Assembly (NCBI GenBank): GCA_942493215.1
Contig: OW818670.1
Location: 1,099,298-1,163,297, forward strand
Length of the DNA stretch: 64,000 bases
Direction of reading: 5' to 3'
From: an uncultured Bacillota bacterium
Lineage (GTDB): Bacteria; Bacillota_I; Bacilli_A; RF39; UBA660
The stretch's first letter is position 1. Each line of letters starts with the position of its first letter. A program made the position numbers and the translations under genes. The notes below the pieces were generated by a model. The model made no database searches. It was given only the letters and a program-made list of their open reading frames with translations, and was not told the DNA's origin. Shown piece by piece: positions 48,763 through 59,317 of this stretch.

Positions 48763-50307
48763 TTAACTAGATACTTTTGAAGAAGATGTTCGTCTATTTA
48801 CTCTCACTAACGCTTCATCAGCTGCTCTTTTGGCGGCACTATTCATTTCTTCATACATAAGATCAAGATACATAAACACCTGATCTTCGTTCTCTAATAA
48901 GTGTGAAAACTGGCATTCATTTACTTGAATTTTTAATCGATATACTTCAAAAGCTTTATGATAGGTGTTTTTATTTTTTAATATTGCGTATTTAGTATGT
49001 ACTTTAGTTACTTTACCTTGTTTAGCATTGTATAAATCGGCTTCACCATTTTTACCTAAATTAGTAATGTAAACATTGCCATCAGAAGAACCTCTAAGAT
49101 AATCACCATTAAAAGTAATTAATTCTTTTCCTTCTTTATTTATAGTACTAGCAATATTTTTTTCATGTTCATCTTTTTTACTTACCATGGCTTGGCCATT
49201 ATGGAAACTTTCAGCACGTTCATATTGATAATCAATAACAACATTTCCTTCTTTATCAATATAACCCCATTCATCATTCATACAAACAGCAGCCAAACCA
49301 TCACTATAACTTTTAACATTATCATAGATAAAGTTAATGACTGTTTTACCATCTTTATCGACAAAACCCCATTTGCCATTTTCATCCATTAATGCGGCTA
49401 ATCCCTCACTATAAGGCATATAACCACAATATTTTCTTGCTAAAATTGGTTTACCATTTAGGTCAGTGATACCAAATTTGACAGCATTTCTATATCCACA
49501 ACGATATTTTATAAACATACGATCATCTTGAAAACCTTTTACTTCACAATTAAATGGTAACTCACCAACTGTCTTATTATTAGTATCAATTATAATAAGA
49601 TTGTAACAATTATTTGGCGCTACAATAGCCCGACCATTACGAAAATATAATTCATTTGCACTATATGTATATTGATATTGATGTTCAATAATAGTTTTAC
49701 CGGTTTTATCAATAAAACCCCATATACGATTATTACAAACAGCAGCTAAACCATCACTAAAGCTTCTAGCATCTTCATATTGATAATCAATAATGGTATT
49801 TCCCGTTTCATCAATAAAGCCCCATTTACCATTAAGTTTAACTGGTATTAATCCTTCACTAAAGTAACCCGTTTCTTCATACATAGGTTTTATAATTTCT
49901 ATACCATCTTCATTAATAAAGCCCCATTTACCATTTTGATCTTGAACGGCCGCTACTTTATTACTAAATTTTCTAATTCGTTTATATTTAGAAGGAACTA
50001 CTTCCATACCATTGTTATCAATAATACCATATAGACCACTATTTCTATTATATCCAAGCATAAATTTACTATCAAGGCGTTCAATAGTGTAATATTTTGG
50101 TGCTAATATCATATCTCCTTGTTGATCGATTAATCCTATTTTATTATCCTCATCAACGACCATTAAGTTATTATTGACAAAATAAGAGGCGATATCACTA
50201 ATTTCAAAATCAATAACTTCATGTTCATCTTTAATTGAATCTAATGCTAAATATTTGTTTTCTTCTTTTATAGCCAATAATTTTTCTAAATCATAACTAA
50301 TTTCCAT
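48763..50307 (-). CDS. WG-repeat (KWGFID/KWGYID) beta-propeller-like protein
   Basis: At least seven repeats of the G.WG[FY][IV][DN] motif (WG_beta_rep family). Confidence 0.7.
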   Translation of the reverse strand: MEISYDLEKLLAIKEENKYLALDSIKDEHEVIDFEISDIASYFVNNNLMVVDEDNKIGLIDQQGDMILAPKYYTIERLDSKFMLGYNRNSGLYGIIDNNGMEVVPSKYKRIRKFSNKVAAVQDQNGKWGFINEDGIEIIKPMYEETGYFSEGLIPVKLNGKWGFIDETGNTIIDYQYEDARSFSDGLAAVCNNRIWGFIDKTGKTIIEHQYQYTYSANELYFRNGRAIVAPNNCYNLIIIDTNNKTVGELPFNCEVKGFQDDRMFIKYRCGYRNAVKFGITDLNGKPILARKYCGYMPYSEGLAALMDENGKWGFVDKDGKTVINFIYDNVKSYSDGLAAVCMNDEWGYIDKEGNVVIDYQYERAESFHNGQAMVSKKDEHEKNIASTINKEGKELITFNGDYLRGSSDGNVYITNLGKNGEADLYNAKQGKVTKVHTKYAILKNKNTYHKAFEVYRLKIQVNECQFSHLLENEDQVFMYLDLMYEEMNSAAKRAADEALVRVNRRTSSSKVSS

Positions 50308-50419
50308 ACTTTTCTCCTTTTTTCTATTTATTCTATACTATTTTTTAAGCAATAGCAAGAATTATAATATTATGATTTAAATATTTCATTTAACTCAATA
50401 TTTGATATAATAAAAATAG

Positions 50420-51388
50420 GTGATATATATGACTGTTAAAGAAAAAGACCAGTTATTTTTGATGTTAAAAGAGGTAGGGGAATATTCTGTTAGTGACGAG
50501 CAATTAAAGTCACGAATAGAAGAATATGCCCAAATAACTTCTAATGAAGAATTAATGATAGAAGTAGGTAAGGATATATATAAAATGTATGGTAGTGATT
50601 CTGATAAGTTTGATTACTATTTAGAATATATTAGAGGTTTTGATTCTTTTAAGACTTTTTCTTTAGATGATTATAAGCGAATGATTGTTACATCTTTATT
50701 AAATAATGTCAAATCAGGAAATATGACGATTGAACAGAATCATCAATTATTAAATTTGACTTTAAGACAAATATGTAAATTATTAAATGAGAATAGCATT
50801 GATTATTATTTAGCGGGTGCTTTACCTTGTTATATTATAACTAATAATCCTTTAAGACGATATCATGATGATATCGATATCTTATTAAACGAAGAAGATA
50901 TCGATAAAGTAAAACAATTACTAATAGATACAGATTTTATTTTTCAAGATAAAAGATTTGAAAGTCCAAAATATTTTGATATTGAAGAAAATAGACCAAT
51001 CGGTGAACATGAGGTAATTGCTCAACATAAAGCAAGTGAATTTCATTTAGGCTTCTTCTGCTTTAGAAGAGGATCTAATAATGAAGTTATTACCAGGGAA
51101 TATTATAAGAATCAAAATGTTACCAAAGTATTTGAAAGAATCATTACACCATCTTTATCAGTTTTAATGTTTGATGAACAAAAGGTTCTATTCGAAGATA
51201 CCTATTTTAGAATGGAAAGTTTAGAAAGTATCTATAAAATAAAAAAATATACGATGCATAGTTTAGGACGAGAAAAAGATATTACCGATGTAACTATGAT
51301 TGAACAAAGTGGTAAATTAGACCATAATAAATTAGAGCAGTTAAATAATTTAGGAAAAGATCGTTTCACGCAAATTGTTAATGGGTAA
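50420..51388 (+). CDS. nucleotidyltransferase-fold protein related to the aminoglycoside 2''-adenylyltransferase (ANT(2'')) / lincosamide NTase family, with extra N-terminal domain
   Basis: YYLAGALPCYIITNNPLRRYHDDIDILL aligns with the ANT(2'')-Ia core WIGGGWAIDARLGRVTRKHDDIDLTF. Confidence 0.5.
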   Translation: MIYMTVKEKDQLFLMLKEVGEYSVSDEQLKSRIEEYAQITSNEELMIEVGKDIYKMYGSDSDKFDYYLEYIRGFDSFKTFSLDDYKRMIVTSLLNNVKSGNMTIEQNHQLLNLTLRQICKLLNENSIDYYLAGALPCYIITNNPLRRYHDDIDILLNEEDIDKVKQLLIDTDFIFQDKRFESPKYFDIEENRPIGEHEVIAQHKASEFHLGFFCFRRGSNNEVITREYYKNQNVTKVFERIITPSLSVLMFDEQKVLFEDTYFRMESLESIYKIKKYTMHSLGREKDITDVTMIEQSGKLDHNKLEQLNNLGKDRFTQIVNG

Positions 51389-51472
51389 ATTAGACCTATT
51401 TATTTGACAAAACTATAATATTGTGTTAGTATATCTCATCATAAAAGTTATAAGAAAAAGAGATGAGATTGC

Positions 51473-52543
51473 ATGATAATTACAGATAAACAAGTCTTAC
51501 AACCAATCAACACCTTTTCTTTTATTGATCCCAACAAATGTGATTTACTTGGTAGTTTTAAAGAGAAGGATCTTTTAAAACTTTTATCACAACTAGATAA
51601 ATTTCATTTAGTATATCGAAGTATAATTGGTTTAGATAAAAGTAAAACATTTGGTATTGAAATTGAATATGAAAGTGTTCAATATGAATTGGCGAGAAGT
51701 AAGTTAATAGACCTTTTTAATATTGATATGAGTGTTCCACCATATATAAGATGGAACTCTAAAGTTGATATTTCAATGCCAATAGGTGAAGATGGTCAAA
51801 GATATAATGGTGAAATAATTTCACCCATCTTAACAGATACGGTTGAAACATGGAAACAAATAGAAATTGTCTGTCAAATGCTACAAGAACTAGGAGCCAA
51901 AAATCCTAATTCTTCCGCTGGCCACATTCACTTTGGTAGTCAAATTCTAGGACTTGATATCAGTCACTGGCTTAATATGTTTAAAATGTGGATTATATTT
52001 GAAAAAATAATTTTTCGCTTTTCTTATGGTGAACGATTAGGGCCAAGAAAATCCATTGCGACTTATGCCGGAAAAACGGCTGATATTTTATATCGTCAAT
52101 TACCAACTTTTGAAAAATACGGTAATGCTAGAGAGTTATATAGGCGTTCATTTGATTCTAAACAGTATGCTTTAGATTTTGGACATACAAATTTTCAAAA
52201 CTTGCACCGTTTTTTAGAGGATAATTCATTTGAGGTAAGATGTCCTAATGGTACTCTTAATCCAATTGTTTGGCAGAATAATGTCAATTTTTTTGCCAGA
52301 CTATTACAATATTGTTCTAGTCAAGGATTTAATCACGAACTTATTGCTAGTAAATTAGATAGTTATAATCCCAAAGATAGTGACTTATCACTATATAGTC
52401 AAATATACCTAAAAGAAGCTACTTTATTAGCCGATTTAATATTTGATAATAACTTAGACAAACTATACTTTCTTAAACAATATCTAAAATCATTTCAATG
52501 TCCTCAAAATAAAGAAGAAAATATGAAAATAATTAGATTATAA
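51473..52543 (+). CDS. putative amidoligase (glutamine-synthetase-like, PF12224 / GCS2-related carboxylate-amine ligase)
   Basis: FGIEIEYES, GEIISPIL and SSAGHIHFGS match the E.E ... E..SP ... G-H-h-H-h-G signatures of GS-like amidoligases. Confidence 0.5.
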   Translation: MIITDKQVLQPINTFSFIDPNKCDLLGSFKEKDLLKLLSQLDKFHLVYRSIIGLDKSKTFGIEIEYESVQYELARSKLIDLFNIDMSVPPYIRWNSKVDISMPIGEDGQRYNGEIISPILTDTVETWKQIEIVCQMLQELGAKNPNSSAGHIHFGSQILGLDISHWLNMFKMWIIFEKIIFRFSYGERLGPRKSIATYAGKTADILYRQLPTFEKYGNARELYRRSFDSKQYALDFGHTNFQNLHRFLEDNSFEVRCPNGTLNPIVWQNNVNFFARLLQYCSSQGFNHELIASKLDSYNPKDSDLSLYSQIYLKEATLLADLIFDNNLDKLYFLKQYLKSFQCPQNKEENMKIIRL

Positions 52544-52552
52544 TACAAAAAA

Positions 52553-52582
52553 CAAAAACTTACGAAAATTTCGTAAGTTTTA
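52553..52582. terminator. bidirectional terminator AAACTTACGAAA-at-TTCGTAAGTTT
   Basis: 12-bp inverted repeat with T-run, between convergent genes. Confidence 0.55.
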
Positions 52583-52603
52583 TTTTATTAGTAACCATAG
52601 TAA

Positions 52604-54379
52604 TTATATATTGCTATATTTAAATAATCTGTAGTGTCCAATATATGGTGTTGGAATTTGTTTTTTTTGCTTTTCTTCTTTATAACAAGTATTATATCTT
52701 AAAATAATAGGTAAATTTAAAGTTATTGCTACTCTTGCTTGTTCGGGGTTTATTTCGTCCTCACATAATATGGCAACTGGTTGTAAGTTAGCTCTTTTGT
52801 AATAAGTTATATCATTATAGTAATTAGTATTCTCCATTAATTCTGGTAGGGGTAATAATAATCTAGAAGCATTACTTTGATACTCAACAGAAGAAATACC
52901 ATTAGTATAAGCATCTTCACAATAAAACATTCCTAAATATTGTTCATCTAAACTTCCATATACAAATTTTAAATCATATTGGCGACAATTACTATGATTA
53001 TCATGATAATAAGACGTTAAATGCTTTTGATCTTGAATACTTAAAGAAAGATAACTACGACTATATCTTTTATCATCTAGCTCGGCTTTAATATTTTCCT
53101 TACGAACATCTAGGGAAGTATTTCTCGTAATCATATAATAATCTTGGCCATTCAATTCATAGACAGGAACTCCTAAAGTATTAGTTAATAATTCATTATA
53201 AATTCCTAAATTCCTACCATTTAAAGTATTAGCATTTAATTCCATAACTATTTCTTGTTGGGCTTTATGCCAATCATCATAGAATTCGCTCATTATATCT
53301 TTGGACTTTAATGCTTCGTAGAGTGCTACTAATGTCTTAATATCAACATCTTTATAATTTACTAATTGATAATAGATATCAGCATTATCAAATGTAAATA
53401 CTGCTTTTCTTAAAGGATTATCAATGTAATCAACTAATTTTTTCATATCAATAGCTAAATTATATCTTGGTGTTTTAAAGAATCTTGAAAAGATAAAACC
53501 AATAATTAAATATTTAGAAAATTCTTCAAAGATAAGACTAGGTTTTTCTAATTGTTTAGATAGATTATCATATGCTTGTAATAATAAAGTATGACTTCTT
53601 ATTTCATCTTTAAAAGAAGCTTCTTTTAAGAATGGAAAATATCTCTTTTTAGAATCAAAACTTGACATAGTCTTATCACAGAATCCATCATGCAGTTCAT
53701 CAATTATACCGGCATCATTGAAAAGTTGTAATTCATCTATAATATAGGAATATTCTTCGGAATCGATATTATGAGCAAGTTTTTTAATAAAAGAAGGATT
53801 ATAGAATATAGAATAGGGTAATGTTGTCCAAGATAATCGCCCATCAATGATTTCATGATTTAGTTTTCTTTTACTTAAACCAACTACTTCTGTTTGATAA
53901 CAAGGTATTTCTAATAAGGCAGATAGTTTTTCATGACGAAGACTATCAAATTTATCCACATAAGAGAAGATACAATGAAATCTACTTAGATAATCTCTAA
54001 CAACATCACTATTAAATAATTTAATCGTAATATCATCATCAGTACAAGTTAAAAAAGCAACCATCATCGAAGCAAAGATAGACCATCTATTTTTAAGAGG
54101 CCATTTGTCATCAACATTTTCCCACATTAAATAATCTTCTGTCACATCATACTTACTAATTATAGCTTTAAAAACTCTAATATAAAAATCATAATCTTGA
54201 CTATGACAGATTCCATAATAAACAAAGATACCTTCAAGATTTTTATTAATAAAGGCGTCAGTTATATGTTTTCCCGAACGTATTTTTTCGGATATTTTGC
54301 GATAATTATTTAAACTATCACCAACGCTTCTTATTATACAACCGATGTTATCACGTAATAAGGGAATATCTCTAGTCAT
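52604..54379 (-). CDS. large hypothetical protein (591 aa)
   Basis: Long ORF with normal codon usage; no recognizable motif. Confidence 0.5.
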   Translation of the reverse strand: MTRDIPLLRDNIGCIIRSVGDSLNNYRKISEKIRSGKHITDAFINKNLEGIFVYYGICHSQDYDFYIRVFKAIISKYDVTEDYLMWENVDDKWPLKNRWSIFASMMVAFLTCTDDDITIKLFNSDVVRDYLSRFHCIFSYVDKFDSLRHEKLSALLEIPCYQTEVVGLSKRKLNHEIIDGRLSWTTLPYSIFYNPSFIKKLAHNIDSEEYSYIIDELQLFNDAGIIDELHDGFCDKTMSSFDSKKRYFPFLKEASFKDEIRSHTLLLQAYDNLSKQLEKPSLIFEEFSKYLIIGFIFSRFFKTPRYNLAIDMKKLVDYIDNPLRKAVFTFDNADIYYQLVNYKDVDIKTLVALYEALKSKDIMSEFYDDWHKAQQEIVMELNANTLNGRNLGIYNELLTNTLGVPVYELNGQDYYMITRNTSLDVRKENIKAELDDKRYSRSYLSLSIQDQKHLTSYYHDNHSNCRQYDLKFVYGSLDEQYLGMFYCEDAYTNGISSVEYQSNASRLLLPLPELMENTNYYNDITYYKRANLQPVAILCEDEINPEQARVAITLNLPIILRYNTCYKEEKQKKQIPTPYIGHYRLFKYSNI

Positions 54380-54549
54380 AATATTCCTCCTTTGTTAGGT
54401 GCTATTGTATCATTATTTTAAAAAAAGTCTATAGTATTATTAGACTTTTACATATTTAATAACAAAATTCAAATAAAAAAGAAGAAAAACTTAAAAAATC
54501 TTTTTTCGTGTTAATATTAATTTATGTTACAATATTAGTAGGTGATATT

Positions 54550-55077
54550 ATGACTAAATCAAATAATAATTATATTTGTAAGATTGCTGACATTGAAGAG
54601 ATAAATACGAAATGGGATTATGAAATTAATAATCATCCCCATGATAATAGTTGGGTAGTATGGAAAAAGAAATTTATTGATAGTGTTAAAGCAGGCAAAA
54701 GAATATGTTATTATGGTATTTTAAATGGTCAAATTATTAGTGAGGCAACAGCTGTAATAGCAAAAGGTGATATTCAAAATAGTGAAGGCTTAATTGATGA
54801 TCATATGGCTTATTTAAATGCTTTTAGAACAATCACTGAGTATCAAGGACAAGGATATTTCTCTAAACTATATAAGTTTATGGAGATTGATTTAAAGAAT
54901 AGGGGGTTTACCAAATTAACTTTGGGAGTAGAACCATCGGAAGTAAAGAATATGCAAATATATTTTAATTGGGGATATATTAATTTTGTTAAAATGGATT
55001 ATGAAAAATATCCTAAAGATAATGATCACAGTAAATCAGAACGAATAATCGTTAATTACTATTCAAAGAATATATAA
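54550..55077 (+). CDS. GNAT-family N-acetyltransferase
   Basis: TEYQGQGYFSKLYKFMEIDLKNRGFTKLTLGV resembles the GNAT acetyl-CoA-binding motif A; start refined to ATG 54550 after AGGTGA. Confidence 0.55.
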   Translation: MTKSNNNYICKIADIEEINTKWDYEINNHPHDNSWVVWKKKFIDSVKAGKRICYYGILNGQIISEATAVIAKGDIQNSEGLIDDHMAYLNAFRTITEYQGQGYFSKLYKFMEIDLKNRGFTKLTLGVEPSEVKNMQIYFNWGYINFVKMDYEKYPKDNDHSKSERIIVNYYSKNI

Positions 55078-55098
55078 GAAATTAAAGGAGTGTTATCT

Positions 55099-55593
55099 AT
55101 GATTAATAATAAAGATGATAAAGGTAATGTTTTAGATTTTTTGGAAAGAGCCGGAGAATTGAGAAAAAAGAAACAAGGCAGTAATCCATATTCATCAGAA
55201 TATTATTCTCCTGAAGAAGACATTGGATATATGCAAGATATTGGGGGAATTAGTAAGATGATGCAAACCCTTGAAGATAGCATTGGTGAAATAAGAATGG
55301 AAGAATTTCCTTTTCTAGGAAGATTAAAAAAATTTTATGATATAATATTTAAACTTGAAGTTGGACAAGAATTAAATTTTGAAGAGATTGAACTAATGGC
55401 CGGTGCTACTGATATAGAATTGAAAATGGCCCGTGATGTTGCTTTATCTAGGAAATTAATGAAACAAGGAAATGATAGTTATCAAAATTATTGTAGTAAT
55501 TGGAAATTAATAATGGTAATTAAATTATTAGGTAGAGATGCGGCTAAAAAAGTATTTGATGAAATGAAAAATGGAAAAGATAAAGGAAGATAA
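55099..55593 (+). CDS. hypothetical protein
   Basis: ORF with AAAGGAG RBS; no motif. Confidence 0.45.
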   Translation: MINNKDDKGNVLDFLERAGELRKKKQGSNPYSSEYYSPEEDIGYMQDIGGISKMMQTLEDSIGEIRMEEFPFLGRLKKFYDIIFKLEVGQELNFEEIELMAGATDIELKMARDVALSRKLMKQGNDSYQNYCSNWKLIMVIKLLGRDAAKKVFDEMKNGKDKGR

Positions 55594-55596
55594 TAT

Positions 55597-56145
55597 ATGC
55601 AATTTGAAGATATTAAGAATGTTGATGAATTACTTAAATATATGAGTGATAATATTGTTTATGGATTTGTTGATAAATTTGGTAATAAATATACTGATCA
55701 ATACTCTAAAGAGTTTGATGATAAATGGCTTAAGGAATGTGTAGTTCAAACGGGTAAAGAAATATTAAATACTAAAATAGGTACTTGTTGGGATCAAGTG
55801 GAATTAGAAAGATTATGGTTTAAAAAAAATAATTATTCTTTAAAAACAATCTTTATGGGCTTTGAAGCTGAAGATGGAAATGATTTTCCTACTCATACTT
55901 TTTTAGTTTATCAAGATAATAATAAATGGTTTTTATTTGGTGACTCTAATTGGCAAATACATGAGTTTAATACTTTAGAAGAAAGTATTAAATATGTAAA
56001 ACAAGAATTACTAGATAATGCTATTAGTATGGGTGTTGCTAAAAAAGAAGATTATGATTTAATTAGGAGTTTTGAATACCAAGAACTTCTTAATAGTTGT
56101 AGTGTTAAAGAATATTTAAATTATGTTACGACTGAGGTGGTATAA
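55597..56145 (+). CDS. hypothetical protein
   Basis: ORF tightly packed after the previous gene; no motif. Confidence 0.45.
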   Translation: MQFEDIKNVDELLKYMSDNIVYGFVDKFGNKYTDQYSKEFDDKWLKECVVQTGKEILNTKIGTCWDQVELERLWFKKNNYSLKTIFMGFEAEDGNDFPTHTFLVYQDNNKWFLFGDSNWQIHEFNTLEESIKYVKQELLDNAISMGVAKKEDYDLIRSFEYQELLNSCSVKEYLNYVTTEVV

Positions 56146-56616
56146 ATGGATAGAATTAAAAGTATTATTAATACCAAATACTTTGCGATTATTCTTTTAA
56201 CAATTTGGTTAATAGTAATATTTTTATTTTCAAGTAAAGGATTAAAAGAAAGTAATAGTACTAGTTATAAGATTACTGATGCTGTTGTACCGATTGTTGA
56301 AAGTAAAAATACTACCATTAAAGAAAAAGAACAGTTAAGAGCTGATGTTAATTATATTATTAGAAAAACAGCCCATTTTACCGAGTATGCGATTTTAGGA
56401 ATATTATTTTTTAATGTCTTAAGATTTTATGATATGGATAAAAGAAAGAAAATAATTTATGCTTTAATATTTTGTATTTTATATGCTTCAAGTGATGAAT
56501 TTCATCAAGTCTTTTCTTCCGGAAGAAGTCCGATGATCAAAGATGTTATTATTGATTCTTGTGGTAGTTTAGCTGGTATACTTATATTTAGTAAGCTATA
56601 TAAAGATAAAAAATAA
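56146..56616 (+). CDS. VanZ-family membrane protein
   Basis: RKTAHFTEYAILGILFF and SDEFHQVFSSGRSPMIKDVIIDSCGSLAGI match VanZ signatures. Confidence 0.7.
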   Translation: MDRIKSIINTKYFAIILLTIWLIVIFLFSSKGLKESNSTSYKITDAVVPIVESKNTTIKEKEQLRADVNYIIRKTAHFTEYAILGILFFNVLRFYDMDKRKKIIYALIFCILYASSDEFHQVFSSGRSPMIKDVIIDSCGSLAGILIFSKLYKDKK

Positions 56617-56810
56617 CCTCTTTTTCAACAAATACACAGTTATTATGGACAAGTATTAATTTTATACTAGGGTACATAGCCATATTTATAATATTCAGTC
56701 TCTGGTGCTTTTTAAAAGCTGCTTTAGAACCGATAATATAAAATTAAAATAGTTCTTATTTAGAACTTTTTTTATGGTATAATTAAAATATATAAGATAG
56801 GGGTATTATG

Positions 56811-57728
56811 ATGAAGAGTATATTAAAAGTATTAAATATTATAATTATATTATTAGGACTATTTTCTATTTATTTATATATAAGTAATAGTGAAATACTA
56901 AAAGTTCTTTTTTCATACTATACAATGGAAAATACACTTATTGTTACTAATGAATATGGCACTAATACGGAATATAATTATTTTCAAAAAACAACTAATT
57001 TTACTCCTAAAAGTAGAACTGATTTATTAAATATATATTATACGGTTATATCATCTAATACTAGTCCTTTTACCTTCTATTGTAGTAACAATTATACCAA
57101 TTGTATTGGGGATGCTAAAGGTATTATGGATGATAGTTCATTATTAAATAATGTCAATAATTTTGTTCATCCTTTTAATACCTATAAGACGATTAAGATA
57201 ACTTATACTAATGCTGGTAGGATAACTATTACTGTTAATAAACTATATAGTGAAGATGAAATGAATGTTATTAACAAAAAAGTTGATGAGTTATATTCAA
57301 GTCTTATATCTAGTAATAAGAGTACAACCGAGAATATAAGAAGTATTCACGATTATATTATAAACAATACGATATATGATTCAGCATATATTACTGGTAC
57401 CTCAACCCATAAAGCTAATATGGCCTATGGAGCTTTACTTGAAGGATATGCGGTATGTAGTGGTTATACTGATTTAATGAGTGTTTTCTTAAATAGAATG
57501 GGTATTAGTAATTATAAAGTATCTAATGATAAACATGTATGGAATTTAGTCTACTTAGATGGCAAATGGTTACATTTAGATTTAACATTTGATGATCCAA
57601 TATATAGTGATGGTAGTAATCATTTATTACATAATTACTTTCTTATAAGTACTGATCGATTAAAACAGTTAGATCAACAAGAGGGTAGTAATGATCATAC
57701 TTTTAATGAAAAAATATATTTAAGATAA
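56811..57728 (+). CDS. transglutaminase-like (papain-fold Cys-His-Asp) domain protein, membrane-anchored
   Basis: GYAVCSGYTDLMSVFLNRMGI (Cys), HVWNLVYLDGKW (His), HLDLTFDDP (Asp) triad spacing typical of the transglutaminase-like superfamily. Confidence 0.65.
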   Translation: MKSILKVLNIIIILLGLFSIYLYISNSEILKVLFSYYTMENTLIVTNEYGTNTEYNYFQKTTNFTPKSRTDLLNIYYTVISSNTSPFTFYCSNNYTNCIGDAKGIMDDSSLLNNVNNFVHPFNTYKTIKITYTNAGRITITVNKLYSEDEMNVINKKVDELYSSLISSNKSTTENIRSIHDYIINNTIYDSAYITGTSTHKANMAYGALLEGYAVCSGYTDLMSVFLNRMGISNYKVSNDKHVWNLVYLDGKWLHLDLTFDDPIYSDGSNHLLHNYFLISTDRLKQLDQQEGSNDHTFNEKIYLR

Positions 57729-57778
57729 TAAAAAGTACAATAATTAATTTTATTGTACTTTTTATATAAGTATTAATT

Positions 57779-58660
57779 TTATAATGTTCTTTTTGTAACT
57801 GGTTCAGTTGATGTTAACATTGCTTTTGAATTGGTTTGCTTTTTATATAGAAATAAACCAATTTTTTCTGTTAATGATTCTTCCATTTTCAAATAACCAG
57901 GAAATTCATCAGCATATTCTAAACTTGAAAGATATCCACCCATATAGGCAGTATATATAAATTTACTTGTTTCTTTATAAATACCTATAAGCTCATTTAT
58001 TTCATCATTATTTAGCGCTATAGGAATACATCCAGTTCTTAAATTAAATATGTAATTTAGAAGCATTCTTGAAACTCTACCATTACCATCTTCAAAGGGA
58101 TGTATTCTTATAAAACGATAATTTATAACTGCTAAACTAATATAGAACTTTTTATCATTCATTTTTGCCTGTTGTGCTAAAATATGTTTTATTCTTTCAC
58201 ATAAAAGTTTTGTGCAATGTTCTTTTTTTTCAAAAGATACCATATTGTTATATTCCGTTCTTCTTTTTATCTCTTCTTTGGTCATATTCATAAAATTGCA
58301 TTCTTCATCATCTTCAAAATAGTGTATTATGTCTTGAGGGTATCTTCCACTATTTATGTCTCTATTTAGTATATAGCCACTCCAATTCAATAATAATTGT
58401 TCTATATTAGCAGTATCTATATCGGTTCTTAAAGGTTGTAGTGTTATAAAAATTGCTTGTTCTATTGCATAGTCTAATTCATTAATAGGTGTCTTATTTC
58501 CTAATAATAAACTTCCAACGTTATCATTAAAATAATTCTCATCACTATGATATCTTAAATATTCAATCTTTATTAAATTATTAATATAAGCTATTAATAT
58601 AACTCTATCAATCTCATTATACTTTTCTTGAATCTGCCTAATTATTTCTACATTACTCAT
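57779..58660 (-). CDS. Fic-family protein (AMPylation / Fido domain)
   Basis: Canonical Fic motif HPFEDGNGRVSRML. Confidence 0.8.
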   Translation of the reverse strand: MSNVEIIRQIQEKYNEIDRVILIAYINNLIKIEYLRYHSDENYFNDNVGSLLLGNKTPINELDYAIEQAIFITLQPLRTDIDTANIEQLLLNWSGYILNRDINSGRYPQDIIHYFEDDEECNFMNMTKEEIKRRTEYNNMVSFEKKEHCTKLLCERIKHILAQQAKMNDKKFYISLAVINYRFIRIHPFEDGNGRVSRMLLNYIFNLRTGCIPIALNNDEINELIGIYKETSKFIYTAYMGGYLSSLEYADEFPGYLKMEESLTEKIGLFLYKKQTNSKAMLTSTEPVTKRTL

Positions 58661-58791
58661 ATTATTATCACTCTATCTTAAATATATATTAATCCCTTAA
58701 TTGGGCTTTATTATATCATAGTAGTAATTATTGTACAATATTTTGGATTTAGAACATATATCACAATAAATAAAAGGGTAGGTATCAGTAA

Positions 58792-59265
58792 TTATTGTGG
58801 TAGTTTAAATCTTCGCATTTTTGAACAAAAATCTTTACGATCGTTATATTGTATTTGACTTAAAATATACTTTCTTAATTCTATTGGTAATAACTCAATA
58901 AGTTCATTAATTGATGATACTATAGGTACTGGTTGTAGATATTTAGATAATGGACAATAAGGATATATTTGGTATTTAGCAATTCGATCATTCATAAAGC
59001 AAGTATCAATAGGGGCATCCTTATTATTTTTAATATCATAATAATAAATGTATCCATCAGGATATTTTACTTTGGCAAATATTACAACCTGGGGATCGTT
59101 ACAGTAATTAGTAAAGTCATAATCTTCAAAGAAATCACCATCGATAGAATATCTTGTTCCTATCCACATATTTTGGGTAGGTATTTCAGTAATATCTACA
59201 TCAAAAGATGTAAGGGGAGTTAATGGTACTATATTAGACAAATCAATACTTTCTTGTAAACTCAT
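58792..59265 (-). CDS. hypothetical protein
   Basis: 157-aa ORF; no motif. Confidence 0.45.
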   Translation of the reverse strand: MSLQESIDLSNIVPLTPLTSFDVDITEIPTQNMWIGTRYSIDGDFFEDYDFTNYCNDPQVVIFAKVKYPDGYIYYYDIKNNKDAPIDTCFMNDRIAKYQIYPYCPLSKYLQPVPIVSSINELIELLPIELRKYILSQIQYNDRKDFCSKMRRFKLPQ

Positions 59266-59317
59266 AAAAAAACCTCCTTCAGTAAGTATTAAACTACTAA
59301 TTGAGGCAATATTACGT

